DNA of 64,000 nt from Octopus sinensis (GCF_006345805.1 NC_043011.1:6696001-6760000), one strand, 5' to 3'. Counted from the stretch's first letter, positions 27,860 through 41,500 are shown. A program made the numbers and translations. The notes: a model not told the origin generated them from the letters alone.

Positions 27860-28248
27860 ACTCTTTTTCTTGTTTCAGTCGTTTGACTGTGGCCATGCTG
27901 GAGCACCGCCTCTTAGTTGACCAAATCGACCCCAGGACTTATTCTTTGTAAGCCTAGTACTTATTCTATCGGTCTCTTTTGCAGAACCGCTAAGTTACGG
28001 GGATGAAAACACACCAGCATCGGTTGTCAAGTGATGTTGGGGGGACAAACACAGACACACACACATATATATATATACATATATACGATGGGCTTCTTTC
28101 AGTTTCCTTCTACCAAATCCACTCACAAGGCTTTTGTCGGCCCGAGACTATAGTAGAAGACACTTGCCCAAGGTGCCACGCAGTGGGACTGAACCCGGAA
28201 CCATGTGGTTGGTAAGCAAGCTACTTACCACACAGCCACTCCTACGCC
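27860..28248 (-). mobile_element. CORE-type SINE, full length
   Basis: Same family as 4145-4547. Confidence 0.85.
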
Positions 28249-28314
28249 TATACAGGAAGTGAACCGTGAATGAACCATTTATAAAGAAGGAGGAGTACAT
28301 CAGGTGTACTGTTA

Positions 28315-28490
28315 GCGAATTCCAGAAAGCATGGAAGTTTTTAAGGATGCAGTGTCCTGATAGCTAACGAGTGATGCAGTTAGTTTATTCCATGTTTCAG
28401 CAAGTCTGAGCATCAAAAAAATGTTTCTGAAAGTAGCTGTGTTGTTTCTTTGATTCTGTAAGCATGTCCACGAGTGTCAGCCCTATGGAA
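28315..28490 (-). mobile_element. CR1/L2-like LINE 3' fragment
   Basis: Minus frames give TRGHAYRIK ... FLMLRLAETWNKLTASLVS, the TRGH...WN.L motif at CR1 ORF2 ends; frameshifted. Confidence 0.6.
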
Positions 28491-28823
28491 TTCCAAAAGA
28501 TGCCCAAGGTTGTTGCTGGCAGGATGGTGGATAATTCAGTGGGTGTCTAACCAAACCAGCTGCTAGACTTTGGCGCTTTAATAATATATGTCCATGTCCA
28601 GGGAGAGCATTTACCTGGACCCAAACCCTTTGGTAACAAGCCATGCTTTGCAGTACTCTTTAAAATTAGATACAGACTGTTCACTAATGTCTACTTTTAC
28701 GTCATGTCATTACTCAATACTTTTTTTGGTAGAGCACATGTTTAATAAACTTTTACAAGAAGAGATGTGACAATAACTTTGAAGTTTTGGCCTGTTGCCA
28801 TTCATTGGTCTGTGTGTGCACGT

Positions 28824-28888
<65 letters not shown>

Positions 28889-29189
28889 GTTGTGACCCCC
28901 TTTGATCATGGGATTGCACCTAGAAAGTTACCCTCCCAGGCACAAGTCTGGGCAAGGTTGTTTATGGAAGACCAGCAGTCGCCCATGCATACAAGCCTCC
29001 CTTCTCCACACCACTGATGTTATCCAAGGGAAAGGCAAAGGGGCCGATACAGCTTGGCACCCGTGACGTCGCAGCTCATTTATTAATGTGCAAGTGACTG
29101 AGCACTCCACAGACACGTGTACCCTTAACGGAGTTCTCGGGGAGATTCAGCGTGACACAGAGTGTGACAAGGTTGGCCCTTTGAAATAG

Positions 29190-29375
29190 AGGTACAACAG
29201 AAACAGGAAGAAAGAGTGAGAGAAAGTTGTGGTGAAACAGTACAACAAGGTTCACCACCACCCCCTGCCAGAGCCTCGTGGAGCTTTAGGTGTTTTCGCT
29301 CGATAAACACTCACAACGCCTGGTCTGGGAATTGAAACGTAATCCTACGACCGCGAATCTGCTGCCCTAACCACT
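29190..29375 (-). mobile_element. tRNA-derived SINE, third family (5' part)
   Basis: Head GGCAGTGGTTAGGGCAGCAG...GTTTCAATTCCCAGACC; homologous to 55830-56170. Confidence 0.65.
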
Positions 29376-29414
29376 GCCTCCACCTTTGTGTGTGTGTATG
29401 TATATATAATATAC

Positions 29415-29588
29415 CGGAGTAAACACATAAATGTGAAACAAGGTGGAAAAAAGAGTACTCAAATACCAGGGGTAGAGTAATATGCTTTATTTACAAGCAG
29501 CAGAAATTGTTAACAAAACTGTCCGACGAACGGGAACGTGAAACACCGAGTAACAGGTTTTGTTGAATTTCTGCTGCTTTTAAATAAA

Positions 29589-29590
<2 letters not shown>
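29415..29590 (+). mobile_element. Penelope-like terminal repeat carrying a hammerhead-like motif
   Basis: Homologous to 41312-41500; contains CCGACGA-ACGGGAACGT-GAAA. Confidence 0.55.
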
Positions 29591-29626
<36 letters not shown>

Positions 29627-31659
29627 AGCTTCAAACTGAATGTTCCAGTTTGAAGGGTCTGACCGGATGTCCTGTCTTGTTAGCAAATTTGTCTCATTTG
29701 ACACTGAAATCTTCTGAAAAGTTCCAGTTATGGATCAAAAACAAATTCTAAGGACTAAAAAATGTTGAAGTCAGCAAGGAATCCCTACCCCTGGACTACA
29801 CAAACTAATAAACATACTCCTGTTATAGTTCAGCCTAAAGCCTAGCACCAAGTACTTTACCAAAAATCCAGGGTGATGTACTGATGCTGCAGTAGTCACA
29901 AGTAGGTATCTATGATAACTTAAAGTCATTTTGCTTATCCTTGGATTAGGAGATTAAAAGCAACTTATTCTCAGGATTCAGAATGTTCTATAATTCGTAA
30001 AAGGTTATGGTCTTCTTATTTTTATAAACAATGATTAGGGTATCCAAGAATGCACTGGCCCTCTGTTTGATGTTCAGGATCTTATTATTGCAATGTGTGA
30101 TTTGTACAGAGGGAAAAATTCAGGTTAGAAAAGTCCTTCAAACAAGCACCGATGCTAATGATATCTGCAATTTGAAGGTAACCCTGGTATAAGCCTAAGA
30201 AATATGGGTTTCAAATTTTAGCACAAAGCCAGCAATTTCAAGGGAAGTGGTAAGTTGTTTACATCAATCCCAGAGTTCAACTGGTACTTATTTTAGCAAC
30301 CCTGAAAGGTTGAAAGGCAAAGTCAACCTTCGAGGAATTTGAACTCAGGGACATTAAAGATGGAAGAAATTCCTCAATAAATTCCTGCCATGACGACCAT
30401 GATGATACATATGTGGAGGAAGTCACTTGTGGATAGACTAGAATCCTATCCTAGGAGTGAGAGATTTATCCCTCATCCCTGAGCACCATGAAACGAGTAC
30501 TTATTTCTGGTGGCCCTTAAAAGCCCCTGTAAAGAAAGGGGCTTAGCAAGTCTTTACATTACATTTGTTTGCATGCACATTAGACTGTTGTCATTTAGCC
30601 TTATTTTGTTCTTGATCAAGTAGACCTAAAATCAAAGATAGTCCAGCCATGACCAACCCACCTTTTACCTATATAAAGGGAACCCAAAATCACATTATCA
30701 AATGCTTTCTACAAAGCTTTGGCTACCATTTCTAGGAGGTCAAGAGACCATACACAGGTTCCTTTGATTAACTCAGAACTGTTCAACAGTGGTTGGGTAC
30801 CAGTTCAGATACATCTTAATATATTTATGACATGTCATATTTCCTGACCTATGTCACTGTGACCTTATGGCTGTGTGGTTAAGAAGTTTGCTTCCCAACC
30901 ATATGGTTCTGGGTTCTGTCCCACTGCATGGAACCTAGGGCAAGTGTGCCCTAGATTGATTAAAGGTTTATGAGTGTTTTTGATTGGTGAAAACTGAAAA
31001 CAAGTCTGTTCTGTGTGTATAGGTGAAAGTTTAGCTTTATGTGGTACAGGCGTGGCTGTGTGGTAAAAAGCTTGCATCTCAACCATAAGGTCCTGGGTTC
31101 AGTCCTAGAGCATGGCATTTTGGGAAAGTGTCATCTATAGCCTCAGACCAACTAAAGCCTTGTGAGTGGATTTAGTAGATGGAAACTGAAAGAAGCCTGC
31201 CATATATGATTGTGTGTTTGTTTCCTCACATCTTGATGACCAGTGTTAGTGTGTTTATGTCCCTGTAACTTAGAGGTTCGGCAAAAGAGATCAATAGAAT
31301 AAGTACCAGGCTTGAAAAAAAAGTATTGGGTTGATTCATTTGACTAAAAGAATTCTTCGAGGTGGTGCCCCAGTATGGCCACAGTCTAATGACTCAATGC
31401 CCATCTCCAATGCTGGCATGTGCTTTGTGTAGGTTTGGGTCTCTTTGTATTGAGGTTGTGTGATAGTCGTAAATGAGTGTCACCGTCATACAAGCAGTGT
31501 CATTCATTTCCAATCTTCTGTGAAAATGTGTCTGGCCAAGGAGGAAATATGTTGCTTGGAAACTGGTGAGGATTGGTGATGGGAAGGGCCATAGAATATC
31601 TGCATCTGTGAATTCTATCTGACCGATGCAAGCATGGAAAAGTGGATGTTCTAATGATG

Positions 31660-31835
31660 ATAGGTGAGTGAGGAAATGTCAGGAGATTCATGAAGAAGGA
31701 TCCAAAGAAAAACGGGTAGAAGTGGTAAAGGCTGATCTTTGGAAACTGAACCTCACAAAAGAGAAGACAAAGGAATGCAAGATGGAGCAGGACATTGTTG
31801 GAGAGCATGCATCCAACCCATGCCAGCATGGAAAA
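31660..31835 (+). mobile_element. RTE-like LINE 3' fragment
   Basis: EKRVEVVKADLWKLNLTKE followed by CCAACCCATGCCAGCATGGAAAA, the tail shared with the RTE-tail SINEs. Confidence 0.5.
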
Positions 31836-33124
31836 ACAGACAAAGCTGATGGTGGTCTGTCTGTCAGTTTATCTCTGTCTCTTTCACACAGTCAATAGTA
31901 ACTAAAGTATTAGAGATAATAAATGGACCTTATCGTAAGTGGGTGAGGTTTTGGAGTAGCTCTTTCTCAAAATCCCACATCGGATTTGGAGGGAAAGAGG
32001 TATGGAAGAGGGGAGGGGTGGTGGTGCAAAAATGTTAAGAAATAAACTTGGAAATGCTTTGGAGAAATTTTTTCAAGAAATATATAATTTCAGTTAAGAA
32101 TACTTAAAAAAAAAGAGGAAAAAAAACATGGGACTTCGAAGGACAGCTACACCATATTGTAAATTTCCTTCCTAGTTCTTTCACTTGGTTCCTTCTTTAG
32201 TTCTTTCACTTGTTTTAATAATCATCACAGTTAGGGCCATGTGAGGGCAACATTTTGTTTCTAAATAAGTTTTTGCAGGGGTTAATCAGGTGAGTCTGTT
32301 GGGTGGAGGACTGGGGCAGTAGCTGTGATGTTTCAAGGTGGGCATTGATGTAGTTGATGTCCACCACCACCCTACAGTAGGGAACTTGGGTGGACAGGGA
32401 GAGAGAGAGAGAGGATCTGATCTGGATATTTGCAACAAGATAAACTTTGCCATTCTAAGTTAGCGGCATTGCAGACCTCCAAGATGTTGCCAGCAGCCGA
32501 ACTTCTCAAGAACTGGTAAATCTGAATTTGGAACTAAATGCGGTAATTTGCTTAAAACCATTCCACACTATACCAAAAGGGGAGTCCCCCCCCACCTTCT
32601 CTCTGTGGTCATTTGACCTGTAAAAAACAACAACCAAATGGCCCTCAAATCACACCCTGCTATTTTTTGAAAGAATGACACATTGGGTTGTCCGAGACGT
32701 GTGTGAAAATTTAGATGGGGTAGTCATTTCTGGAATGCTCTGGGTCACAGGATGGCTGGATCAAGACTAATCTGGGAGCTAAACAACCATAACACACACC
32801 ACATATCTTGTAGCAGATTCCACCCCGCCGCATATTACTGTTATTAGTGTAATTGGGAATAAGCTGATATGTGCAGAATTACAGCTCAAGAAATATCAGT
32901 TAATATAAATTTGATCCCAGAAAGCAAACGGCCTCAGCCACCGACACACACACACGCGCGCGCCTATAACATTATACACAAAGACCACACATAAATACAT
33001 TTGCATGAATGCATGCACAGCTCTAGCTCAATAATCCGTGAGTCAGATATACGCTAATCCCTGGTTGTCATAGTTTCGAGATTAAGGAATAACCCTTCTA
33101 TATCTTCAAACCTTTATTAATGTG

Positions 33125-33164
33125 TTACAGTCACAGAATCATAACACACACACCTACGCCATCA

Positions 33165-33203
<39 letters not shown>

Positions 33204-33416
33204 CACACACACACATACATAGATATATACATACATGCATATACACATACATACACACATACATGCATACACACATACATATATACACATACATACACAT
33301 ACATACACATACACATACATACATACACATATATACACATACATACATACACATACATACACATATATACACATACATACATACACATATATACACATAC
33401 ATACATACACATATAT

Positions 33417-33451
<35 letters not shown>

Positions 33452-33475
33452 CAAATATATACACATACATACATG
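33125..33475. repeat. (TA)/(CA)/TACACA compound microsatellite
   Basis: Visible directly; explains six overlapping low-complexity ORFs. Confidence 0.9.
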
Positions 33476-33817
33476 AATACAAAAAACAGCATTATACCAA
33501 TATATATATATACCATTGCAATGCACCCAAGTCTACATACAGGTGCGTGTATATGCGCGTATGTACGCATGTATGTGTCTCTATACACACAATATTTACA
33601 CTATATACCCTGATGAAACTTAGAAATAAACAAAATTATTATTAGTTAATTAAATGAATCCAACAAAAATATCGATGTAAATACTGGAGGCGATTTAACC
33701 CCGGCCCCCAAGATCCGGCCTTGTGTTCCTGTAAAAAGAACATTATTATTTTCATTTTATTATTAATATAATTGAAAGCCAACTCGAAGACAAGGAGGGT
33801 TTTAAGTAGGTACTTAC

Positions 33818-34431
33818 AGTTGGACAACGTTTTCTGGTAAATCATTTTTTATCATTTCCGATAAATCAGTGAATGGTTGTTCATTCTCAGAACAGCTCAC
33901 TTTGTGAGATACTGTTCGATTTTTAGGGGCAGCTGTGGTCCCAACACCCACGCCGACCTTAGAACTGCCGCCAGGCCCGCCTGAACCCGGTCCGGGTCGA
34001 AGATGTGAAGGCGGCTGCAACAAGGCCGGCTGGGAGTGGGATTCACGCGAGCTTTGTCCCCTGTTTTTGGGGTTTGTTATTTTGCACGTACATCCAGGGG
34101 GGCATGGTGCTTCAATACCATGACTGAAGAAAACTAGAAGTAAGAGAACCGCTAGGAAAATCCGAGAGAGGCGTGTGCCCGGCCACGTACCCGATGACAC
34201 TGCACTGGTGACCACCTTACCATTTTGGGCGAGGTGCCACCCGCTTTGTCCGTCTTGTCGACCAATTCCATTTTTATCATGGTAGTCCTTAAATTTCTTT
34301 GTTGTCGACATCTTCGCAGATTTTTGTCTCCTGGTCGTCGCCGTCTGTGGCGAAAAGCAGCATTGCAGACTGTCCTTACAGGCGCTTCTGGTTGAATTTG
34401 AGGGCTTCGTTCGACCTGTAGCATCACCCAT
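33818..34431 (-). CDS. First coding exon of a signal-peptide + LRRNT protein, most like adhesion GPCR A (GPR124/GPR125-type)
   Basis: Hydrophobic IFLAVLLLLVFFSHGIEA, then PCPPGCTC, a G/P-rich insert, and KVSCSENEQPFTDLSEMIKNDLPENVVQL; ends CT|GTAAGT (phase 2), typical of LRR exon junctions. The insert between CxC and KVxCS resembles ADGRA2/3. Alternative ATG at 34311. LRRNT call is firm; family call is tentative. Confidence 0.75.
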
Positions 34432-34605
34432 GACAAAGGCCGATGTTGCCACGAAGACATATGTAAAAACACACCCAGAAACACGTTGGAAAAAAATATA
34501 TATCCGTCCGTCGAATTTTAAAATAAAGATTGTAGCTTTCCGAGTTGAATTATTTTTTAAAATCTTTCTGTCTTGTATACTACATATATACATACATTCA
34601 ATTAG

Positions 34606-34636
<31 letters not shown>

Positions 34637-36261
34637 AATTATTATATATATACTGTATATATGTGCACGTTTTAATGCATTTGTACCCAGCAAATAACCG
34701 TTTGTCTGTATGTTTGCGTGTATATATATATATATATATAAAATCTTGTATGTATATATGGGTGTCGAATTTCAGCTGTGTGTAGAGTTCTTAGCTAAGT
34801 GTATAACATAAATTACACACATATATAATATATCTCAAGGGTTATATACAACTCTCTATATATATGGATATACACCCAAGTTATCTATACTCCCGTTGTC
34901 TTAATACGGACTTTATGTACCCAGTTGGAAATAGAAAAATGTTGGCGAAATTATTTAGAATTGTGGTTAGGTTTTGTTATTTACTAAAGAATAACGAGTA
35001 AATTATCAAGGTTTTCTGACATAAAATATAACTTTATATATCCTATTTCATTCGTATTCTACATTTGTTGTTATAAATGCATGTGTACACACACAGCTAT
35101 GACGGTCTAAGTTTATTTATGATATATATACATTTGTATACATATATATTATATTATTTCTATTTTCAATATACTATAATAAATGAAATATCGGTAAACA
35201 CTAGATTCCTTATTCCAACTACGGTTTGGTATCTAAAGAGACCTTAAATAGCTTATCTACATATATGTGTCTATATATAAACGTATGTGCATGGAGGGCG
35301 GAAACTGGGGTTTGGGATAGGATTAAACTGAAGGCTGAACTGTATGTGTATATATATTATAAATAAACGAAACACTGGCTATACCAGGTCAAGAAATTGG
35401 GTTGTGAGGGCGGCGCCGGGGAGAACTGTATGTGTGAGTGGTTATACACGTATATAATATATATACAGTTGTTACTGTGTGTATATGAGTGGTTATATAT
35501 GCTTATAGCTGTTATTGTATGTGAATGGTTATATATGTTATATACAGTTGATATTGTATGTATATGGGTGGTTATATGTTTATATATACATTTGTTACTG
35601 TATATTATTGTATACGTGTATACCCTGATCTAAGGAAGCTTTCGTGTAAGGTTTAGGACACGGGACTATGATAAATAATCACTTATTTAGTAGCGATAAA
35701 TTTGTTGAAAACAGTGTCCAAGTATTATAAAATAAACACCAACCACACCAGTTTCTAAACGTGGTCTTGTTTTAGTGTTGCTTCGGTAGATTTCTTAGCA
35801 AATGTATGACAGTCATTCATACCTTGTGAATCTATCTCTCATATATATATTTGTTGTGTGCAGGTGCGTGTTTGGTTTTGCGAGAGGTGAAATAAACTGG
35901 TTAGAGAAAGGTGTTGACAAGATGCACACGAGTGCATATATGTGTGTGTGTGTGTACTTGGGGAAAATGGTACCTTCTAACACAGGGAAGCAGTAACAAG
36001 GGAGAGGGGACGAAAATAGTGTGTATAAATGTGTTGTATATATGCTAGTTTATATTAAAAACACATTACGTCAGAATAGCTTCTATACGTAATATTTTCA
36101 TGCAATGTGCATGCACTGTGTGTGTGTGTGTATATATATATATAAATGTGTGTGTAGAGAGAGAGAGAAAGAGAGAGAGAGAGTATGTGTCTATGAAATG
36201 GTGTATGTATACATGTGCACGTATGTTTTGTGTATACTTGACAAAAACAATGTGTTATAAA

Positions 36262-36302
<41 letters not shown>

Positions 36303-38369
36303 CATATATATATACACTTCTTTGCGTTGTGTTAAATGCAAACGATTATTTAATTCGTCTTTTTTTCTTCCGAAAAGCTTTAAGAGATTCCATTGAGAAA
36401 AATATAGAATGTTTTGTTGTGAACGGCATCAAAATAACCCAAATCCAGGGAATGAAGATGTTGAACAGAAAGATATTCTACATGAAATACAAATAAATAA
36501 GACACAATTGTATATATGCCTGTGTATGGGATGTGGTGTGTATATAAAGCTGGGCACTTGCATATGTAATGATATATCCTAGGACCAAATTTATAAAGGG
36601 GATTATCGTCGACAAAATCAACTCCAATGTGCGTGTGTGTATATATGTATGTATATGAATATCTTGGAGAAAGACCAAAGATTCGGTTCCTTGTTGAGTT
36701 TAGTTCCGTTTCTATTGAACTATATACATATATACGTGTACAAATGTACTCACATATACATATATCTATATTATTAGGTATATGTATGTATGTATATATA
36801 TGTATATATGCAAGAATATATTTTTTGTATATATGAGTGTGTATTATATTGTGGGTATATGAAGTATATGATGAATATATGCACACATCTAATGTATTTT
36901 GGTATGTGTGTGTGAGTAGATATCTATGTATATGTGTGACTATATGTGCAAATATATATATGACTATATATAAGATGTATATGCACACACACACACACAC
37001 ACACACTCGCAAAGAAAAAAAAAACCCACACAGAAATGCGAGAAAGGTTATATATATATACAGAGGCGTGTATAATTGGTAAAAATCAGCAAGTAATACT
37101 CCGAATGTATTCTGGTATCGTTATTTGACCAAGTTGTCTTTTAATCAACACCATTCTCTTCACCAATTCCAGTAGAATCGAATTCATAGCAATATCTCTC
37201 CTCGTAAAACTCATTATTCCATTCATTATCATCATCATGATGGTAAAGTTCGACACTATGTCAGACGTTTCTAGCGACTTGGTGAAGAATCCTTTAAACA
37301 GTTCTGTTCCTGCTTTAGTGGTTGTGGTCATTATTTTTAAGAAGAAGACCGTTAGACACATCAGAATCATCCTCACCAATGTTCCAACAGCCACAGCCAC
37401 CACTTAGGGTCGCCACACAGCTATATGCCGTCGTCTCCCTTTCGCGTTAAGCTCCTTGTCTGTTTGGTAATACATGCAGGAATCATGCATGTTTAGAAGA
37501 TTATACATTCGTGTGTATGCATGCATTGATACATGGGTATATAATTGTGTATATATCAGTTGATAGATGTATAAATAATCATGTACGTATGTGTGTATGT
37601 GATAATGCTGTGTCCAGTTCCTTTTCTTTTTTAACCTCTGGGTTAGTTAGCTCCAGGAGGACTCCTCCAACAGGAATTGTATTAAAGTTTCAGGCTGTCT
37701 TTGGTGAATAGCTTATATTCCGGAACATGGTACGCCAAAAGGAAAAAAAAAAGCAGAGGGAAGCCGACATACACACACACACAATATCTGTTTATAAATA
37801 TAGAATATATATGTGTGTGTGTGTGTATAAATATAAAAATATGTAGCTATATATGTGTGTGTATGTGTGTAGAAGGATGAATGGTGTTGGCGGTAGTTCC
37901 GAAGTCTGTGAGAGGACTGTTAGAGAAGGGGGGAGCAAAAAAAAAAGGAGGACACAAAAATAACAAGGAACATATAAAACCTGGAATCAGTCGAGTTTTT
38001 CTTTTCTTTTCACTTAAGGTTGTGGTGATGGTGGGAGGAGCGGGCGAAATGTAGAGAATTAAGAGAGAGTGAGTGACGGGAGTAGTGAGAGCAGGAGATA
38101 CAGTAAGAGAAAGCAAGAGAGAGAGAGAAAGAGAGAAAGGGTTCTTATTTTTAAGGATTCGTTTCTTTGAAATGGCCTTTTTGAAAATGTTTTATATATT
38201 GCTGTGTAAAGTGAATTTATCACTTCGAATCTGAACACATACACACACACATATGTGTGTGCGTGTATATATATATATATTACCTCCCTGCTTCCATTTC
38301 CTGAGCGCCTATTAATAATAATACTGTAATTGTTCCATTGTTGTTGTTTTTTTGTTTCCCGTTTGGATT

Positions 38370-38461
<92 letters not shown>

Positions 38462-38471
38462 CGTATGTATG

Positions 38472-38502
<31 letters not shown>

Positions 38503-39399
38503 ATGTGTGTGCGTGTGTATGTATATATATATATATATATATGCTTACTCATATACATCTGTACTATATATATAATATATTTTTCTAACGCACACACACA
38601 CACACACATATATGTACATAGATATATACACCCGCTTCTCTTCAATTTAGTCTGCCGTTTTTACTTCCATGAAAAAAAAATCCCGCGAATTCATTGACAT
38701 ACACTTACATAAACATACTCAAACACACACACATTTTACATACACACACACATACTCAATAACATACATAAACATACACACACTTTACATAAATATATTT
38801 TACATTTGCACACACACACACACACATTACATTATTCTCTTTAATTCATTGTAGGTTTCTTTTTCAATATTTTACACCTCTTATATATTTATATTTATAT
38901 TGTTTCTTCTTCTTCTCCTCTTCCTCCTCCTTATTCTCTCCTTCTATTTCTCCCTCGTGTCTCTAGTTTCTTCCGTCCTTCTTCCCCTTTAAAAGGTTCT
39001 TCACCCTGGACACACACACACACACACAGATGGAGGACTGATTACACACTTAGTGATGATGATGATGATGATGATTATGGCGATGATGGTGGTGGATGTT
39101 GTTAGAAACACCCGCGTGCTTTGACCCTTATGTGGATGTATGTTTATATAAACATACATTCACGAATGTGTGTGTGTGTGCATACATGCATGTATATATA
39201 CATGCGTGTATATATACATGCGTGTATATATATCAGTGCGTACACATAGGTATGTGTAACTTTATTTGCTTAAGTGCACACACAGCCTTGTGAATAATCC
39301 AGTACAAGAACACACAAACACACATAATCTCTCTCTCTTTCTCTGTTTTCTATCTATCATCTTTCTATATATCTATCTATATATCTCCCTCTCTCTATC

Positions 39400-39417
39400 T
39401 ATCTACCTATCCATCTT

Positions 39418-39464
<47 letters not shown>

Positions 39465-39479
39465 CTATCTATCTATCTT

Positions 39480-39529
<50 letters not shown>

Positions 39530-39530
39530 A

Positions 39531-39570
<40 letters not shown>

Positions 39571-39600
39571 ATCTATCTATCTATCTGTCTATGTATGTAT
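39400..39600. repeat. (TCTA)n tetranucleotide microsatellite
   Basis: Visible directly. Confidence 0.95.
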
Positions 39601-39929
39601 GTATGCATATTCGTGTTTCTGCGTGTGTTAGTGTATATATATATATATTTATTTATGATAAAACTCTTGCTATAATTCTCCCTCTCTTTCTCCCTCTTTC
39701 TCTCTCTTTCTCTTTCTCTCTCTCTCTCTCTTTCACCCGTTTTAACAATCTCCTCTGTGTACATGTGTCTGCTCAGGATTGCATGCCTGCGTGCATTCAC
39801 ACACACACGTATCTATTACATGTACTCTGAATGAATTCGCAAGCTCTGGTGCAAAAACGCACACACATTCATACATCCATGCATGTGCGTGTGCGTGCGT
39901 GTGTGTGTTGTATTTGAGTCTAGTTCGGC

Positions 39930-40180
39930 CGTCTCCTCTCCTCTCCTCTCGTGCGCCGCTCCCTCCTGCGTCATCCCCCATCATATCTTGATGAAATACA
40001 AAGGAAGAAAGAAGAGAGGGTAACACCGGGTTGGACGTGGCGGCGGGCCAGAGCGCCATCAGCAGCAGCCCCCCCCCCATCGCCATCGCCTTTCTTGAAC
40101 TAACTACTACTACTACTATTGCTACTGCTACTACTACGTGGGAGTCTCGGCGTGGCCGGTCGACCAGCTAGATATAACAG
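39930..40180. promoter_or_regulatory. GC/CpG-rich patch, possible promoter of the LRR/ADGRA-like gene
   Basis: Local CpG and GC enrichment (GTGCGCCGCTCC, GGCGGCGGGCC, CGGCGTGGCCGGTCG) about 5.5 kb upstream of the ATG on the minus strand; inference only. Confidence 0.3.
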
Positions 40181-40324
40181 TTAAATCTGCCTTAAATGGA
40201 CGCTATCCAACCACCATCTTACATTGGATCGTATTTACCCCTGGATGGTCGTGGATGTCTTGGATTGCCTTTGATCACAGCTCGACATTATCAGGGCTGA
40301 CGTAGAATTGAAGAACTATCACTA

Positions 40325-40351
40325 CGAATGCTGCTGGTTCTGCTACTACTA

Positions 40352-40398
<47 letters not shown>

Positions 40399-40450
40399 AC
40401 TACTACTGCTGCTGCTGCTACTACTACTACTACTACTACTACTACAACTA
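40325..40450. repeat. Compound (CTA)n/(CTG)n trinucleotide repeat
   Basis: Visible directly. Confidence 0.95.
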
Positions 40451-41311
40451 CCGCATGCAATACTACTGTTGCTATTCCAACCCAAATATTGTAGCAGTAG
40501 TCCCACTAGCAACAGGAACAGTGAGGCAGTCGTCTGTGTGGTCACCAGATCTGTTAGAAATAGCAGCCAAATCTTCCTCAAATCACTTCAAACCGTCTCA
40601 GTTGAACAGCGCGGTCCTGGACTCACTGTACAACAGAAAAAGTTGAGATGGTCCCGGAAGGATTGTGTCTAATCATTTAGATGTGATTTGCGGTTCAACA
40701 ACGAGGCACACAACGCGAGTTAGCCCTATCAGAAATAGCAGCTAAATCTCACCCAAACTTCATCAGGCCCAGGCGTAGTTATGTGGTAAGAAGCTTTCTT
40801 CCCAACCACATGGTTCCGGGTTCAGTCCCACTGTGTGGAACCTTGGGCAAGTATCTTCTACTATAGCCTCGGGCCGACCAAAACCTTTTGAATGGATTTG
40901 GTAGACGGAAACTGAAAGAAGCCTGTTGTATATATATATACATATATGTGTGTGTGTGTATATATACATATATATGTCTATATATATATATATATATATA
41001 AGTATATGAAAGAATGGAGTTGAACGACTAGTTAACAAATATCCTTTATTCTCGACATATGTTTTGAAGGCTGCATATTCCTAATTCCGAAGTCGTTCAA
41101 CTCCATTCTTTCATATGATTTTGATTTGATTTTTCCAGTTTCAGCTAATGAGCTGTGGCCATGCTGGGGCATATACTTATAAATTTTAAAATAAACATAC
41201 AAATTTCCGCACGAAGACACGTAGTCTATGCCCTAGGGACGTAGCTTCAACCGTGTTCTTTCTGATGTGAATTTGCTACCCAGGTATCGGTTATCTTTCG
41301 AATTGAGTAAG

Positions 41312-41500
41312 CACATAAATGTGAAACAAGGTGGGAAAAAGAGTACTCAAATACCAGGGGTAGAGTAATATGCTTTATTTAAAAGCAGCAGAAATTCAAC
41401 AAAACCTGTTACTCGGAGTTTTAACAAAACTGTCCGACGAACGGGAACGTGAAACTCCGAGTAACAGGTTTTGTTGAATTTCTGTTGCTTTTAAATAAAG
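41312..41500 (+). mobile_element. Penelope-like terminal repeat with inverted duplication and hammerhead-like motif
   Basis: ~50-bp inverted arms around TAACAAAACTGTCCGACGAACGGGAACGTG. Confidence 0.6.

Noticed and set aside
29600-32530. Possible LRR exon 2 near 32520 (DLPVLEKF) or 29715
   Set aside because: In the required phase 2, both hit stops within a few codons and lack LxLxxN.
40275-40672. Poly-S/L/Y/C/V/A ORFs; likewise poly-N/I at 56.5-57.1 kb and poly-R at 42.1-42.4 kb
   Set aside because: Trinucleotide repeat artefacts.
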